A stretch of 55,855 nucleotides of DNA, filler included, from Catajapyx aquilonaris (GCA_000934665.2; 2 parts of 2 records of this genome joined end to end with filler, not necessarily neighbours in it); one strand, 5' to 3'; numbered from the whole stretch's first letter, positions 36,709-48,081 are shown. A program made the numbers and translations. Notes: generated by a model from the letters alone, not told the origin.

Positions 36709-36756
<48 letters not shown>
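36337..36756 (+). mobile_element. tRNA-derived SINE, family B, with (TAT)n/(TGA)n tail
   Basis: A-box-like TGGTGCTGCGGT, B box GGTTCGATCCC, TSD ATGTTCCAGTA (36326-36336 and 36757-36767). A second copy lies at 43818-44136. Confidence 0.9.
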
Positions 36757-36758
<2 letters not shown>

Positions 36759-37512
36759 GTTCCAGTACAGTAGTGTTTTAAAAATTTGACCAGGAAAGCC
36801 TATAGTTTAGATTACTGCATATATTTTTGAAAACAGGTCACCATGACTTATCACAATGGGCCAATACTTCACCTCATTTCAAATTGTGCAAAAATCCAAT
36901 GAAATACTCTGATTATTATTGTCAATATTAGATAATTATCTCACATTTTAACGAAGTAGCTGGTATCCAATCTGGAATTTTTGAGTCAAAGTACAAAGAG
37001 GAGCTCCTATCTGGACAGAATGGGAATCAGTATGAATAGTAGTGTATGATAATGGTCTCTAGTAGAGGAGGTGACTTGCAGCATACGAAAACGAGGCTTG
37101 CATATCTGAGTAGGCCTAGGCGATGTACAAATGCAGATTGGCCAGAACCAAACTCATTAGGCCTAGGCGATGAAAGCCAACACCTACCATCCTGTTGGTA
37201 GAGAGAGGTTAGAGAGTGAGGGGGTGGAGGTGAAGGGAATAGGTTAGAGTACAAGTCCCTTGGGGTAAACGGGAAGTCTGTCTGCTTGGCTCTGATGCTG
37301 CTCTCCTTCCCCGCAATTCGCGTACCAGAAACTAATTATGAAGGAAATTATTTGTGAGCCCTCAGAGGACGGATTAATTAAGAAATTGGAGTTCCTGGCG
37401 AAGCTGAGAGAGTGTTGGGGAGTGGTCCTTTTGCACGTTGCCCCTGCATCGCCGTTCATGCTTAGAATACGGTGGCACTTGCAGCAGGGTATAAGAGGAA
37501 GAGAGAGACCGC

Positions 37513-37515
<3 letters not shown>

Positions 37516-37567
<52 letters not shown>
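37516..37567. repeat. (GA)n microsatellite
   Basis: Uninterrupted GA run of ~26 units. Confidence 0.95.
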
Positions 37568-37571
<4 letters not shown>

Positions 37572-38241
37572 TCCGGGGTTAGCTAGGGGCTGGAGGTGCT
37601 AGCTCAGGTCCTTTCAAGATCATTGCCTTGCATGCAAAGCCATTTCTGGATCCATTACACCAACAACCAACATTGTACCCCAAATTACTGCTTCTGTAGG
37701 AACCCTCCCATGTGCATTATGTCATGTGCGGTACTCATCTTAGCCTATTTTCCTCCTTAGTGCAGCAAGAGGGCACAAACTATAATGAGCCGATATTCAT
37801 GAAACCAATGCTCGTATGTTCTTGTGTAGGTCTAATATCTTGTATTGTATAAGCAAGGTAAACAATGCACGACTGTTTGATTGTATCGGGAAAAGGTCTC
37901 AAATGCTCCTTAGTGGTAGTTTAGTAATTGCTTTTGTGGTCGCGCCTTAAGGGTTTTCGGTTTTCGGTTTTATCCAGGTTTGTTTGGCTCTTCTTGTTTG
38001 TTTATGATGATGTCACTATTCGGTGATTAGTTGTTGATGGAGCCGGTGGCTGTAGATGGCTATGCCCTTATATACATATATAATTATACTATAAAGTGGT
38101 AGTGAATATTATTCAAAAAATTCAAAACACATCAGGCTGTGTTCAGTATCCTTCTGTTGACTCAGATAGTTTCCGAATTAAATTGGCCAGTACTTTACGG
38201 GTGTCAGCAATGCAGTGTGTTACGACTATTAACGTACAGTA

Positions 38242-38327
38242 CTATTGGGTTCAAATACTTTTGGCCACTTTATCCTGGTCTTGAAGCAACCCTTCGCACA
38301 GACCCCACGTTAAGGAGGTGTGTGTGT
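38242..38327. mobile_element. Left half of a CTATCG-family MITE
   Basis: Near-identical to the first ~85 bp of the intact copy at 47044-47185; ends in the (TG)n spacer. Confidence 0.85.
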
Positions 38328-38908
38328 ACAGAGTACAGGTCTTCAATTAGCTCAGGGGACGGAAGTTTGTGTGTTTTTTATTTAAGGGGTGATAGCCCCT
38401 TAGTAAGACCGTAGCATAGATTTCAACAATGAATTTCTTCAACATCTTCTTCTTCTTCTTCTTGTTACGCTTTTTTTATTCGCCCTAACTCAAGTTCTGC
38501 TGTAGGTAGAGCTTCCAAATTTTGAACACTGATGCCCACCGTCGTGAAGTGCATTCCTACCATTTACACTTTTACTTCATTCCTCTTCAAAACGCCGCAA
38601 AAAATTTAAAACCACCAAAAAATACGCCTATATTTCTTTGCTCAATAACTATTCGGAATTCGGTTCCTTCATCAAAGGGCCGAAGGTGCAGTGGGATGGT
38701 GCGGATCTATGTCCAAAATCTGACAGTTCCACCTGCTGCAGGATTGGAGCTGTGATTTTTTTACCTCTTATTTTTTCTGTCATTAATTCATTTGTTCATA
38801 ATGCCGTCACCTAGAAACGTCAATTCTTGTTTACCCACTAGCCAAATTGTTATTATCGAAATGTTACCCTACCGCTGGTGTGAACAGATTGCACTTATTA
38901 CGGATTTA

Positions 38909-39671
38909 CAGTTGAATCCGGATGTAACAGCCTCGGCTATAACAGACTTGGTTATAAAGGCCGTCCTGGCATGCTTCCATTAGGCACTGTGTATTTTCAC
39001 TCCTGATATAACAGACTCATTTTCACCTCACATCGGGTATAACAGACCATTTCTTGGACCCTCAGTGGGAAAATACAGTATTGTTTTCCAGGTATAAAAT
39101 TTGCAAAAAGGAGACGGCAGCGGCAGAAGGAAATTTCGGATAATATGGTCCTGCATAATTTTCGGGTGAGCCATCAATATTGCATTTGTGACAGATTTCA
39201 TTAATCGGTATGTAGTCTAGTATAGTGCATAGTACAGCCATATACCGAAGCAGTAGTGGTGTAGTGGTATGGTGTCCGACTGCTAATCGGGAGGTCCTGG
39301 GTTCGAATCCCGGAGGCCGGCGACCCTGACCATGGTTTTCTGTGGTTTCCCATGGTCCTTGCAGGATAATTCCGGGGTCGTTACCGTAATATAGGCCACA
39401 GCCGCCTCCTTCCTTCCCTTTCCCTGCTTCATTCCGGTGAGAAAAATAGTAAAAATTGGAAGAGTTCCGGACAAAAAATTGGGAGAAATCCCCCCCTAGG
39501 AAAGCCCGTAGGCTGATAATGGGGTATCAAATTATTATTATTATTATAGTACAGCCATATTGAAATCAGAAATTTATGTTTTCGTTGCGTGACGATTCGG
39601 CTATAACAGACCTCGGTTATAACATACTTTTTCCGCAGTCTCTTGAAGTTTGTTTTATCCGGATTCAACTG
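38909..39671. mobile_element. pogo/Tigger-type MITE, family 1, copy 2, containing a SINE insertion
   Basis: TA|CAGTTGAATCCGGAT ... ATCCGGATTCAACTG|TA; homologous to 26187-26618. Confidence 0.88.
39244..39545 (+). mobile_element. tRNA-derived SINE, family A
   Basis: Head ACCGAAGCAGTAGTGGTGTAGTGG...CCGACTGCTAATCGG (anticodon-arm-like, GCT)...GGTTCGAATCCC; (ATT)n tail; perfect 15-bp TSD ATAGTACAGCCATAT (39229-39243 and 39546-39560). Confidence 0.92.
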
Positions 39672-39872
39672 TATACTATTGAGCCAGACTAATTAAATCA
39701 GACTAACCATTGGCTGGTAGCACTTGACTTTCGTTTTTTTTACGACTCTCTCTGTGAAAATTATTTTAGGGACTTCTAAGCGATGAAAATCGTCTCCAAT
39801 CCATTCAGAGTGCAGACTGTATAGTGTAGACACTGTAGAGCATAAGTTATGTGTACTGTCAAAAAAGAACTG

Positions 39873-40673
39873 AAATTATATCAAAAACTTTCCCTTCAGT
39901 AAAAAAAAAAGAGAAGTAAGACCTCCGCGGCGGAATGAAAGTACTGAAACAAGGCAGGCGCACGTAAGACCTTCACCAATTGATTTAAGCTGTACCATAG
40001 GTCTTACTCAAGCAATTCTCAGGTACGGTATGGAACGTCTCGTAAAATGACTGCTGCAAACTACTCAGAGCAGTAGGTAGGATTTTATTATGAAAAGAAA
40101 AAAGTGGGGGAAAAACTAAACCCATTCTAACAGACTTGGCCCAATCGGAAAAGACCCTCTAAAATTCACCAATTAACGTTTATATGTGAAAAATTAAACG
40201 TTAGAGTTAAAATCAGCATCTAAAAGGGGTGCCGATTCTGCATGAATGTTTCATGGCAATAATTCGCACCAATCGCATAGAAATTCAAGGTGCTTAATAT
40301 TGAAGTTTCTAATATTTCATAAAACTCTAATATGGAGTGGCTCATGGAAAATTAATGGGTGGAATTTTGGTCGTACTACTATTACTATTAACTATAGGTC
40401 TGTAGTCACTGCCCACTTAGCAGTACCATTGCACTACACTGGTACTGCTAAGTTAGAAGTAACTAGTAGTACGACAGAAATTCCACAAATTTGTTTTCAG
40501 AAAGGAGATTTCATGAATAGTAAATTGGAAATTGCTTGAGTAAGACCTATAGTACAGCTTAAATCAATTGGTGAAGGTCTTACGTGCGCCTGCCTTGTTT
40601 CAGTACTTTTATTCCGCCGCGGAGGTCTTACTTCTCTTTTTTTTACCGAAGGGAAAGTTTTTGATCTAATTTT
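39873..40673. mobile_element. Foldback DNA element with ~140-bp near-perfect TIRs; superfamily uncertain
   Basis: ATCAAAAACTTTCCCTTC...GGTCTTACTCAAGCAATT (39880-40017) is the reverse complement of 40530-40665. Confidence 0.85.
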
Positions 40674-40679
40674 ATTATA

Positions 40680-40995
40680 GCTGTGGTGACGTGTGTCCCA
40701 ACAATTTAATTGTGGGGATATTTTCAGGTCCCCACTCATGCACACACGCGCTGTGTACATTACAGTGGGGACGTGAAAAAAATAGTGGGGACATGTCCTC
40801 GCTATTTTCATTCGTAGGGTTTCACAAAAGTCCATTTTTCTCAGCCTAGGTGAGTTAGGGTAGGGTAGATTAGTTAGGGTAGGGTAGGGTAGGGTAGGGT
40901 AGGTTAGGTTATGTATGGTTAGGTTATGTATGGTTAGGTTAGATTAGGTTAGTTTACACTAGCTTCGAAAAGTTGAATTTTCACGTCCCCACAGC
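40680..40995. mobile_element. Non-autonomous TIR element with internal (TAGGG/TAGGT)n repeats
   Basis: TA|GCTGTGGTGACGTG ... CACGTCCCCACAGC|TA; internal GTGGGGAC repeats and a TAGGG/TTAGG tract at ~40855-40950. Confidence 0.65.
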
Positions 40996-41026
40996 TACTT
41001 CAGAACAGAACTGTGTGTGTGTGTGT

Positions 41027-41299
41027 GGACGCGCATTGCTATCCTTGTGAGGAATTTTTTCGCGTTTTTCCTATCCTTGTGAGGAATTTTGTCATTACGA
41101 GGTAGTTTTCCTGTACCTCATAGTGTACTACACACGCCTCACAAGGATAGGAAAAAATCGACAAATACCTCATAAAGACAGTAAAAATATATTTCACCAA
41201 AATTTCGTGTGTTTCCTTGTAGGGTAGGGTAGGTTAGGTTAGGTTAGTTTTAAATTTTAAATTTTGGAAAAACCTCACAAGGATAGGAATGCGCGCCTC
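41027..41299. mobile_element. MITE inserted in a (TG)n microsatellite
   Basis: TIRs CGCGCATTGCTATCCTTGTGAGG / CCTCACAAGGATAGGAATGCGCG with internal copies of the same motif, a TAGGT tract, and (TG)n on both flanks. Confidence 0.8.
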
Positions 41300-41301
41300 A
41301 A

Positions 41302-41372
41302 TGTGTGTGTGTGTGAGTGAAGGGTTGCTTCAAGACCAGGATAAAGTGGCCAAAAGTATTTGAACCCGATAG
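41302..41372. mobile_element. Right half of a CTATCG-family MITE
   Basis: (TG)n-GAAGGGTTGCTTCAAGACCAGGATAAAGTGGCCAAAAGTATTTGAACCCGATAG|TA matches the right arm of 47044-47185. Confidence 0.85.
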
Positions 41373-41597
41373 TACATCCCTAGTGCTTATAACGATCGTT
41401 TTGCACTAATCTCCTTATTATTAAGCAGTTACTTTCCCACAGTTACCAGTATAGCAGCTATCATTAGTTCGTGTTAGTTTCCAGCATTATGCTGAGAATG
41501 ATTATTCATTCCGGCCCTAAAATGAGATGAATTTCCGAACCTCAGACATTACCAACTGCAACTTCCGGTCAATTGATTGAGTCATTAGAGATTCTTG

Positions 41598-41862
41598 ACC
41601 GAAGCAGTGGTGGCGGAGGGGATATGGTATCCGACTGCTAATCGGGAGGTCCTGGGTTCGAATCTCGGTGCCGGCAACTCTAACCGTGGTTTTCTGTGGT
41701 TTCCCACGGTTCCTCCAGGAGAATTCCGGAGTTGTTTCCTAAACTAATAGGCCACAGCCGCCTCCTTCCTTTCCTATCCTATCCCAAAAAGCGCAGTAAA
41801 AACGAAACGAAGAGTTCCAGTTAAAAAAATCCCCCCTAAAGAGCCGCTGATAAGGGGTATGA

Positions 41863-41906
<44 letters not shown>
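41598..41906 (+). mobile_element. tRNA-derived SINE, family A
   Basis: Same head and body as 39244-39545 with a long (TAT)n tail; only a short or degenerate TSD (TTAGAGA). Confidence 0.9.
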
Positions 41907-41908
<2 letters not shown>

Positions 41909-42112
41909 GAGACTATAGCGCACCCGTAGCCAAAATTTGGCAAAGCCTGCAATGAGGAAGACAATGGTAATGAAAAAATTGAATGAGAGGGCTCGCGGAG
42001 TGACAATTAAGAAATAGCGTATAGCTGGTCGCAAGACGGGGTTGAAAAATTGAGTGGCATTGAATCAGTGGACATACTGTACACTTCCTGAATCGGACAT
42101 GAGAAAAGTTTT

Positions 42113-42320
42113 CATAAAACCTCGCGATACACAACATTGTGTGAGCGTGTTGAGCAGTAGGAGTAGTGAACACTTTGACCTGACTTGGGTTGCGAGACCG
42201 GGACAGTGCCACATACAGCTGGCCATGATTGTGAGAAGACAGGTTCATCCAGGGAAATGCTAACGTGCTCATCTGGCCCTGCGAGTTATTGTTGATCGTC
42301 ATGGCATAGGCTGGGATGAC
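42113..42320 (-). pseudogene. Helitron Rep/Helicase (Pif1-family) C-terminal fragment, frameshifted
   Basis: Minus-strand translation gives VIPAYAMTINNNSQGQ, (D)EPVFSH, HGQLYVALSR and NVVYREVL*. These are the characteristic terminal motifs of Helitron helicases (AMTINKSQGQT; FSHGQLYVALSR; NVVYxEVL). Confidence 0.85.
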
Positions 42321-42338
42321 ATTATGTTAATGAACATA

Positions 42339-42966
42339 CAGTAAAACTTCTATAAGTCGAATCTCCATGGGACCGGGAAAAAACCTCGAGTTATAGAAGA
42401 TTTGAGTTAGAGAAGTTGGGTTTTTTTGAGCACATAATTCTATAAGGAAGCCTCAAGCCTACCTTTATATCCAGCGACAAAAGGTGTTCAAAACTTAAAA
42501 ATAACTGTCACTATCACACTTACAATGTTCCTCATTGTTTTGTTGTGAAAAAATCTTCGTGATGGACATTTGCCTACTCTTAGATTCAAGGATTCAATTG
42601 TCACAATCGAGTCAAGCACTTCTTTCGGTACATCTGGTAGACGGAGATCAGGAAATTGAGCCTTTCTGTGCATGTGGCCTACTCTCGACCCTTCGGCTGG
42701 GAAATGAGAAAATTTTCCTTACTCGCCAACATGAACTTCGACTTAGGGAGACTGAAAATGCATTGATATCCCATCGTAAAGGGCCTTACGATGGGATATC
42801 AATGCATTTTCTGCATTTTCAGTGCCTGCACTTCGAGTTATGGAGAAATTCTAGCTAGGGGAGTTTATTTCCTATTATTTTACATTGTGACCAACCAAAC
42901 TCATCATTTTCTTCGACTTATTGAGATCTTCGACTCAGGGAAGTTCGACTTATAGAAGTTTTACTG
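42339..42966. mobile_element. pogo/Tigger-type MITE, family 2
   Basis: TA|CAGTAAAACTTCTATAAGTCGAA ... TTCGACTTATAGAAGTTTTACTG|TA, with subterminal TTCGA(C/G)TTA repeats. Confidence 0.9.
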
Positions 42967-43130
42967 TATAAGACTTTTGGATCCTGATCCAGCAGGCTAT
43001 GATTAAGGCTAATAGTAATAGCTGATAATAGCTGATATGGGCATATTTGAGTGACGGGGCAACATGAAGGATGGAGTGGCCCTTTGTGTAGGTAATAATG
43101 CATGGCTTTATGATACTGTCATCTGTTATT

Positions 43131-43396
43131 GGGCGACACGGTGGCGGAGTGGTTAGCGCCGCAGCCTTTCACCTCTAAGGTCCCGAGTTCGATCCCAGGA
43201 TCGGACAGAGTATATGCTTATGTAGATATAGTTTCGATGGGTTCTCTCCGTGTTCGCGTGGGATTTCTCGGGGGTTCTCCCGTTTCCTCTCACAATCAAA
43301 ATCCATCGCAGCAAAGGCAATGATTAAAGTCGGTCAATTAAACGATGATCCCCTAAAAAGCTGAAGGAAGCTTATCACGGGGTATCCATTATCTCC
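43131..43396 (+). mobile_element. tRNA-derived SINE, family D, with a V-domain-like core
   Basis: A box TGGCGGAGTGG, B box AGTTCGATCCC, core GTTCTCTCCGTGTTCGCGTGGGATTTCTCGGGGGTTCTCCCGTTTCCTCTCACAATCAAAA; TSD ACTGTCATCTGTT (43115-43127 and 43397-43409). Confidence 0.85.
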
Positions 43397-43817
43397 ACTG
43401 TCATCTGTTGTGGCCCCGCCAGGCAGGGTTCGTCGCCCTGCAGGATATTTTTAGGTAATGCGGAGAGGAAGCGGAGCTGGGCAATTATTGTGGGTTTCGT
43501 ATCCGCAACATTTACAGTACTGTTCGTCTTGTGGCGGCGGAGACCAACGGACGTTATTGTGGCTTTGCCAACCTCCAATCCCCTGCTGATCCCACCGCTG
43601 ATATCTTGTTTGCTTGCTCCGGGAGGTTCATGCTACGCCGCCAAATAAGTCGCAAGGGTTTACTCTAAGCTAAGCTATCCGCTGAAAATGATAATAAGTT
43701 GCTAGATCCGGACCCAAGATGGCGGCATAGTTAGAAAGTGGGGCTGAAAATAGCAGCTTATATGACTGCTTTCTGAATATTCTGAGGCTCAGATTGAATC
43801 AGTTGGCAGACCTGTAT

Positions 43818-44136
43818 TGGCGGGAGGGTATCTGCACGGACCTTTATTTATTCTTTATAATACAATTTCGTACATCGGAACCTTTAACGAAGCGCCCGGG
43901 CCCACGGGCAGGATGACAGGAGGGGATGTGCAAAGTGCAGTGCAATGTCTTATCCCTGGTCGTTTTGTGAACTCCCCCGGGTGGTTTAGTCTAAGGAAAT
44001 ACCACCCAAGACGAAGCCAGAGACGGCCGCTCAACTCTGCACGAGATGAAGGGGGTGTCCCCGGGCTGGGATCGAACCCGGGACCTTAACATCCGTGGGC
44101 GCATACGTTACCGCAGCGCCACTTCGTCTCCCAACT
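43818..44136 (-). mobile_element. tRNA-derived SINE, family B, copy 2
   Basis: Reverse complement of ~36337-36635; flanked by the direct repeat ACCTGTAT (43810-43817 and 44137-44144). Confidence 0.88.
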
Positions 44137-45420
44137 ACCTGTATATAGTATGCACTACATCCTACATTAATTTTGTAAGTGTCAAAAATGAGTGGCAAGG
44201 AAACTTTTGGTCTGTTGTGTGACATATTGGGATTATATATGTATATAATTTGACTGAGATTCCTAGGACATGCAAAAGTTGGCTGGAAAGTCCAACAAGA
44301 GTTGTCCCACAGAGAAAGTGAAATATGAGGCTTGCCCTTGCTAATGAACCAGCCACATGGCGGTAATGACTAGGGGAGGTGGGAATCTGACATTGGCCAA
44401 TGCAAATAAATAAGTGGCTATAGTACCGGTGAAGGGGGTTATCCAAGGTATTTGCGTTATGAGGTGGAAGCAGTAAAAACCTAATGGGAGGTAAATGTGG
44501 TAAGTGCAAAATGTCACAGAAGATAATGCAATTAGAGTCTTTTAATGTTGAGTTATTGTCAGAGGGAATGGACGGATTTGGAGCATCAGCCAGCGTGGGT
44601 TTACCGTGCAAGTTTACTAATGTGAAGCGTAGTTTTACTGGCCGCCATGATATACGTCTGAAGAGATAATCCTTTAGCCGGGTAATGACGGGAGCCAGCG
44701 TTTGAATACAGAAAGGTTGGATTTTGGACTCTCTGATGCGGGTCATTGCACCTTCACTGTCCTCACCTTCTCACGAACCACATTTCACCTTTTTCATTTA
44801 ACATGGAAGGGTTCTAAGCCCAAACAATTTCCACATTAACGCTAAAGTAAGTGCGATAAAGCAATGTTAATTGTCGGGTGATTTTTTCAATTCTTCTGCG
44901 GATTTCTCTTCCTAACTCGCCATACAAAATAAATAGAGTAAATAGAGCCTAACAGTCCCCTAGGCAATTATTGTTTGGTACTGTACACTGCGCTATTTGA
45001 TCATGTAATTCAACAAATTAACATGCACCTCATTGAGAGGCTCGGCTTACAGTATTATACAATATACCACATTTAATTCCGTGTGCTACTTATTATTTGT
45101 TTTCATAATTATCGGGAGGTTAATTAATTAGTAATTAATATTATACTCTTTTGTGAATTTTACACTGCCACGTTATTAAATTACTGACCTCAGAAAATTA
45201 TTACGTCAATTTCGCATCTATGAGCAATACAAAAATATATGAATAAGTGTATATCAGTAAGGTGAGAAATGTTACAATCGCATAAGGTTGTACTGTATAG
45301 TAGACCGTGTGGCCCAAGATTATTTTATGATCCTTGAATGGTATTATCTAGGGGTACAGACAAATTTCTGATATATTTATTGCAGCCCCACCGAGAAAGT
45401 TTTGGATACAAAAAAGAATT

Positions 45421-46543
45421 AAGGGTTGTTAGGAAAAAGGGCCTCAGTCCACAAAAATCATAAATTGAAATGTCGATGCAATCTTATAGCAGATTATAAT
45501 TATATTCTTGATTTGCAAGGCTCCATGGTGGTAAAAAGATCTTGACCAAAAAAGGCCTCCTGCCCCCTCATTTCGAGCATCAAAATATGCGGCTTTGGGT
45601 GAGAAGGTCCTCATTCCACTTGACCCCTGCCTGATAAGTAGGTAGGGAGCACATGATTGTTGCCGAGTGAAGGCCCCCAGATAGAGCTCAGTTATGACAA
45701 CACATGAACAATAGACGACAACGATGGCAGTGATGAGTTAGAGGTTGGGCGAACGAAGTACTGGGCCTGATTGCAGGGTATACAGCGCTGGTATGCCTAC
45801 CACAGGGTTTACCAAAGTTTTGACTTCATCATGATGACTAACCATACAAATGCCAAAGACTGAAGTGCTATTCTAAAGTCAAAAATGAACCAAGAGAAAA
45901 TATGAATACCTTCAACAGTCTGTCCACAAAGAACGTACAGGATTCCCACATTTCTGGACTAAATATCCTTCATCCTCCATTGACTACGTCCGGCGAATAC
46001 GTAAGCTACTGCTACAGGAACCAGTATCACATTTTTATATGGAAGATGAAGGAGCTGATATTCAGCCCTCTCTATGCCAATCCGCCACAGATCAAACGAT
46101 CCAAGAAACTGGACCTGCTGAAGTTGATCAAGTATTTGCAGGATCTACGTAATATGGTGTTCCACACAGAGCTGGTGTCTGAGAGTGTCGACAAGGATGA
46201 GGTAGAGGTCGTCGTCGTCGACACAGAAACATCATAAAGCACTATATAATTATGGTATTGAAATCAATACCACATTCATTATGCAGAGAGAAGCATTTTC
46301 AGGAAAAACGGGCTAACTCCCATCAGTTTAGTGGAAAAGGCGCCTCATTCCATTGTGTGAACTTTTTTTTTCTCTAATATACTGTATGTTTGTGAAATAT
46401 TCTTTGTTTTGGTGATTCTCAAACTACACTGCTGTCACTGTATTTCACATATCTTCATATTTTTATTAGAATGTGATCCGGAGGCTAGAAATACATTTTT
46501 TTCACGATTTCTGAAACGAAGCCCTTTTTCCTCACAACGCTTC
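45421..46543 (+). mobile_element. Internally deleted DNA transposon with a transposase C-terminal remnant (Sola1-like, tentative)
   Basis: Imperfect TIRs AAGGGTTGTTAGGAAAAAGGGCCTCAG / CGAAGCCCTTTTTCCTCACAACGCTTC, AATT on both flanks, internal GAAAAGG-CCTCATTCC repeats, and ORF 45902-46237 containing PLYANPPQIKRSKKLDLLKLIKYL...FHTEL. Confidence 0.5.
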
Positions 46544-47043
46544 AATTCCATGAAGAATAATGGACTATTTCAATTTCAAACCCTCACAGCCCTAAATCAG
46601 TCAGATGTTACCCTGATTGTTCTGAATCTCAGGTCCATGATATTTTCAAAAGGCTTCGAAAATCATGAGATGAAAATAGTCGAAGAAAGTAATGGTTACT
46701 GCGCTGGTGATGCGCAAAAATGGATTCCATTCATTGGACATTTAACAATAGAAGCAGCTACACTTCAGGAGTGTAGCAATAATCTAATTTTATATGCTAA
46801 ATGGTGGGAACCTTTTATTAATATTAATTTAATTCTCACGAAGTACTGCGATTTCAGCATAATTATTAGTCATTGCAAGATTCTCAGGGTTGTTATTCCG
46901 TATATTTTAATGTATTTCATAATTAAATCAGCCTAACAGTTAGCCGGTAGCAATTTAATTTCGAGTTGTTACGGTGATCTTTTTGTAAATTAATTTTGGG
47001 ACATCTAGAAGTGGAAAATTGTTCCAAACATATTCATAGTGTA

Positions 47044-47185
47044 CTATCGGGTTCAAATACTTTTGGCCACTTTATCCTGGTCTTGAAGCAACCCTTCGCA
47101 CAGACCCCACGTTAAGGAGGTGTGTGTGTGTGAAGGGTTGCTTCAAGACCAGGATAAAGTGGCCAAAAGTGTTTGAACCCGATAG
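47044..47185. mobile_element. Intact 142-bp CTATCG-family MITE (TA TSD, Tc1/mariner-type)
   Basis: TA|CTATCGGGTTCAAATACTTTTGGCCACTTTATCCTGGTCTTGAAGCAACCCTTC, a short spacer with (TG)n, then the reverse complement|TA. Confidence 0.92.
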
Positions 47186-47686
47186 TACAACATGAATGTG
47201 TAAGTATAGCTGGTATTATTTGTAAAATATCTTGTCCGTATATCTTCAGAGTACGTGCAAGTTGAACAGAAACGAATCTCAGCGCCTAGATCTGGTAGCC
47301 AAGGGGTTAAACAAAATGCAAACCATTTCGGCACAACACTACAAGGTGTGACGTGCTCGCCTGGCTAAGGTTGGGCACGCCACGCGGGGCTGGGCCTATT
47401 GACCACACCATCCCAGTCCCTGTCCCCTTTGACCTCAGTCACCCCAAAAGGAGACACAGTTTCTCAAAACACACTGCCTTTAATGCAACCACGACTACAA
47501 TACTGCAACTTACAACACGATGGGGTCCAACGGCCCCCCAGGTCACCACAAGCAGGAGGTCAGGAAACACACATCCACCTTCACCTGAGCCCGACCTCAG
47601 TCTGCCCCCTTCTCCCTACCCTCCTCATACTCCTTCCACCAATGCCCAACTCTCTGTACCTGTGCGGCTACTACTTAATCAAGCTA

Positions 47687-48081
47687 CCACAAAGGTCAAA
47701 GGTTATAACCTCTCGATGTCAGCCCGGGCAGCTTACCTAAGCGGGAAGGGTAAAGCACTGGCAGATGAAAAGAAGCATAGGAAATGATCACGGTATAAGC
47801 TCAAAACAAAACACATTATTTTGTACAGTGAGCACATCTCATAAACAACAAGTTCCTGCATTGAACTTCTACTCCATTCGAAGCAGAATTAGGAAGGGGT
47901 TAAGACTCAGACCTCTCTTCCAAATAGCCAGCTTTGTAAAATGCGTACTTAATTAAGTTAACAATAAACCAAGGGGCCGAAAACTGAAAATGAGTCCGCT
48001 TTTTAGTGCGATATCTGAAACTCGCTACTAAGTAAGCTGTCCGAGCTGACATAAAGAGGTCATAACTTCTGACCTTGTAGT
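47687..48081. repeat. Degenerate ~50-bp inverted repeat pair, probably an old DNA element
   Basis: AAGGTCAAAGGTTATAACCTCTCGATGTCAGCCCGGGCAGCTTAC versus the reverse complement of GTAAGCTGTCCGAGCTGACATAAAGAGGTCATAACTTCTGACCTT. Confidence 0.6.

Noticed and set aside
39244..39320. tRNA-Ser(GCT)-like gene; also tRNA-like heads at 36337, 41598, 43131, 50566 and 54938
   Set aside because: They lack a proper acceptor stem and are followed by conserved bodies, simple-repeat tails and TSDs, so they are SINE heads rather than tRNA genes.
40855..40950. TTAGG/TAGGG repeats as an interstitial arthropod telomere
   Set aside because: The tract is short, mixed-unit and enclosed by TIRs. A similar tract lies inside the neighbouring MITE at ~41220-41247.
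43700..43730. YY1-like CAAGATGGCGGC as the promoter of a second gene
   Set aside because: It is an isolated motif among nested repeats with no linked exon structure, and the motif is common at transposon ends.
44162..44746. Longest ORF (194 aa, minus strand) as a gene or LINE reverse transcriptase piece
   Set aside because: It shows only a faint resemblance (FLCGTTL...VLGI) to the RT C-terminal region, with no catalytic YADD-like motif and no splice support.
46409..46936. 175-aa + strand ORF
   Set aside because: It has a non-ATG start, straddles the right TIR of the 45421-46543 element, is AT-rich and shows no domain.
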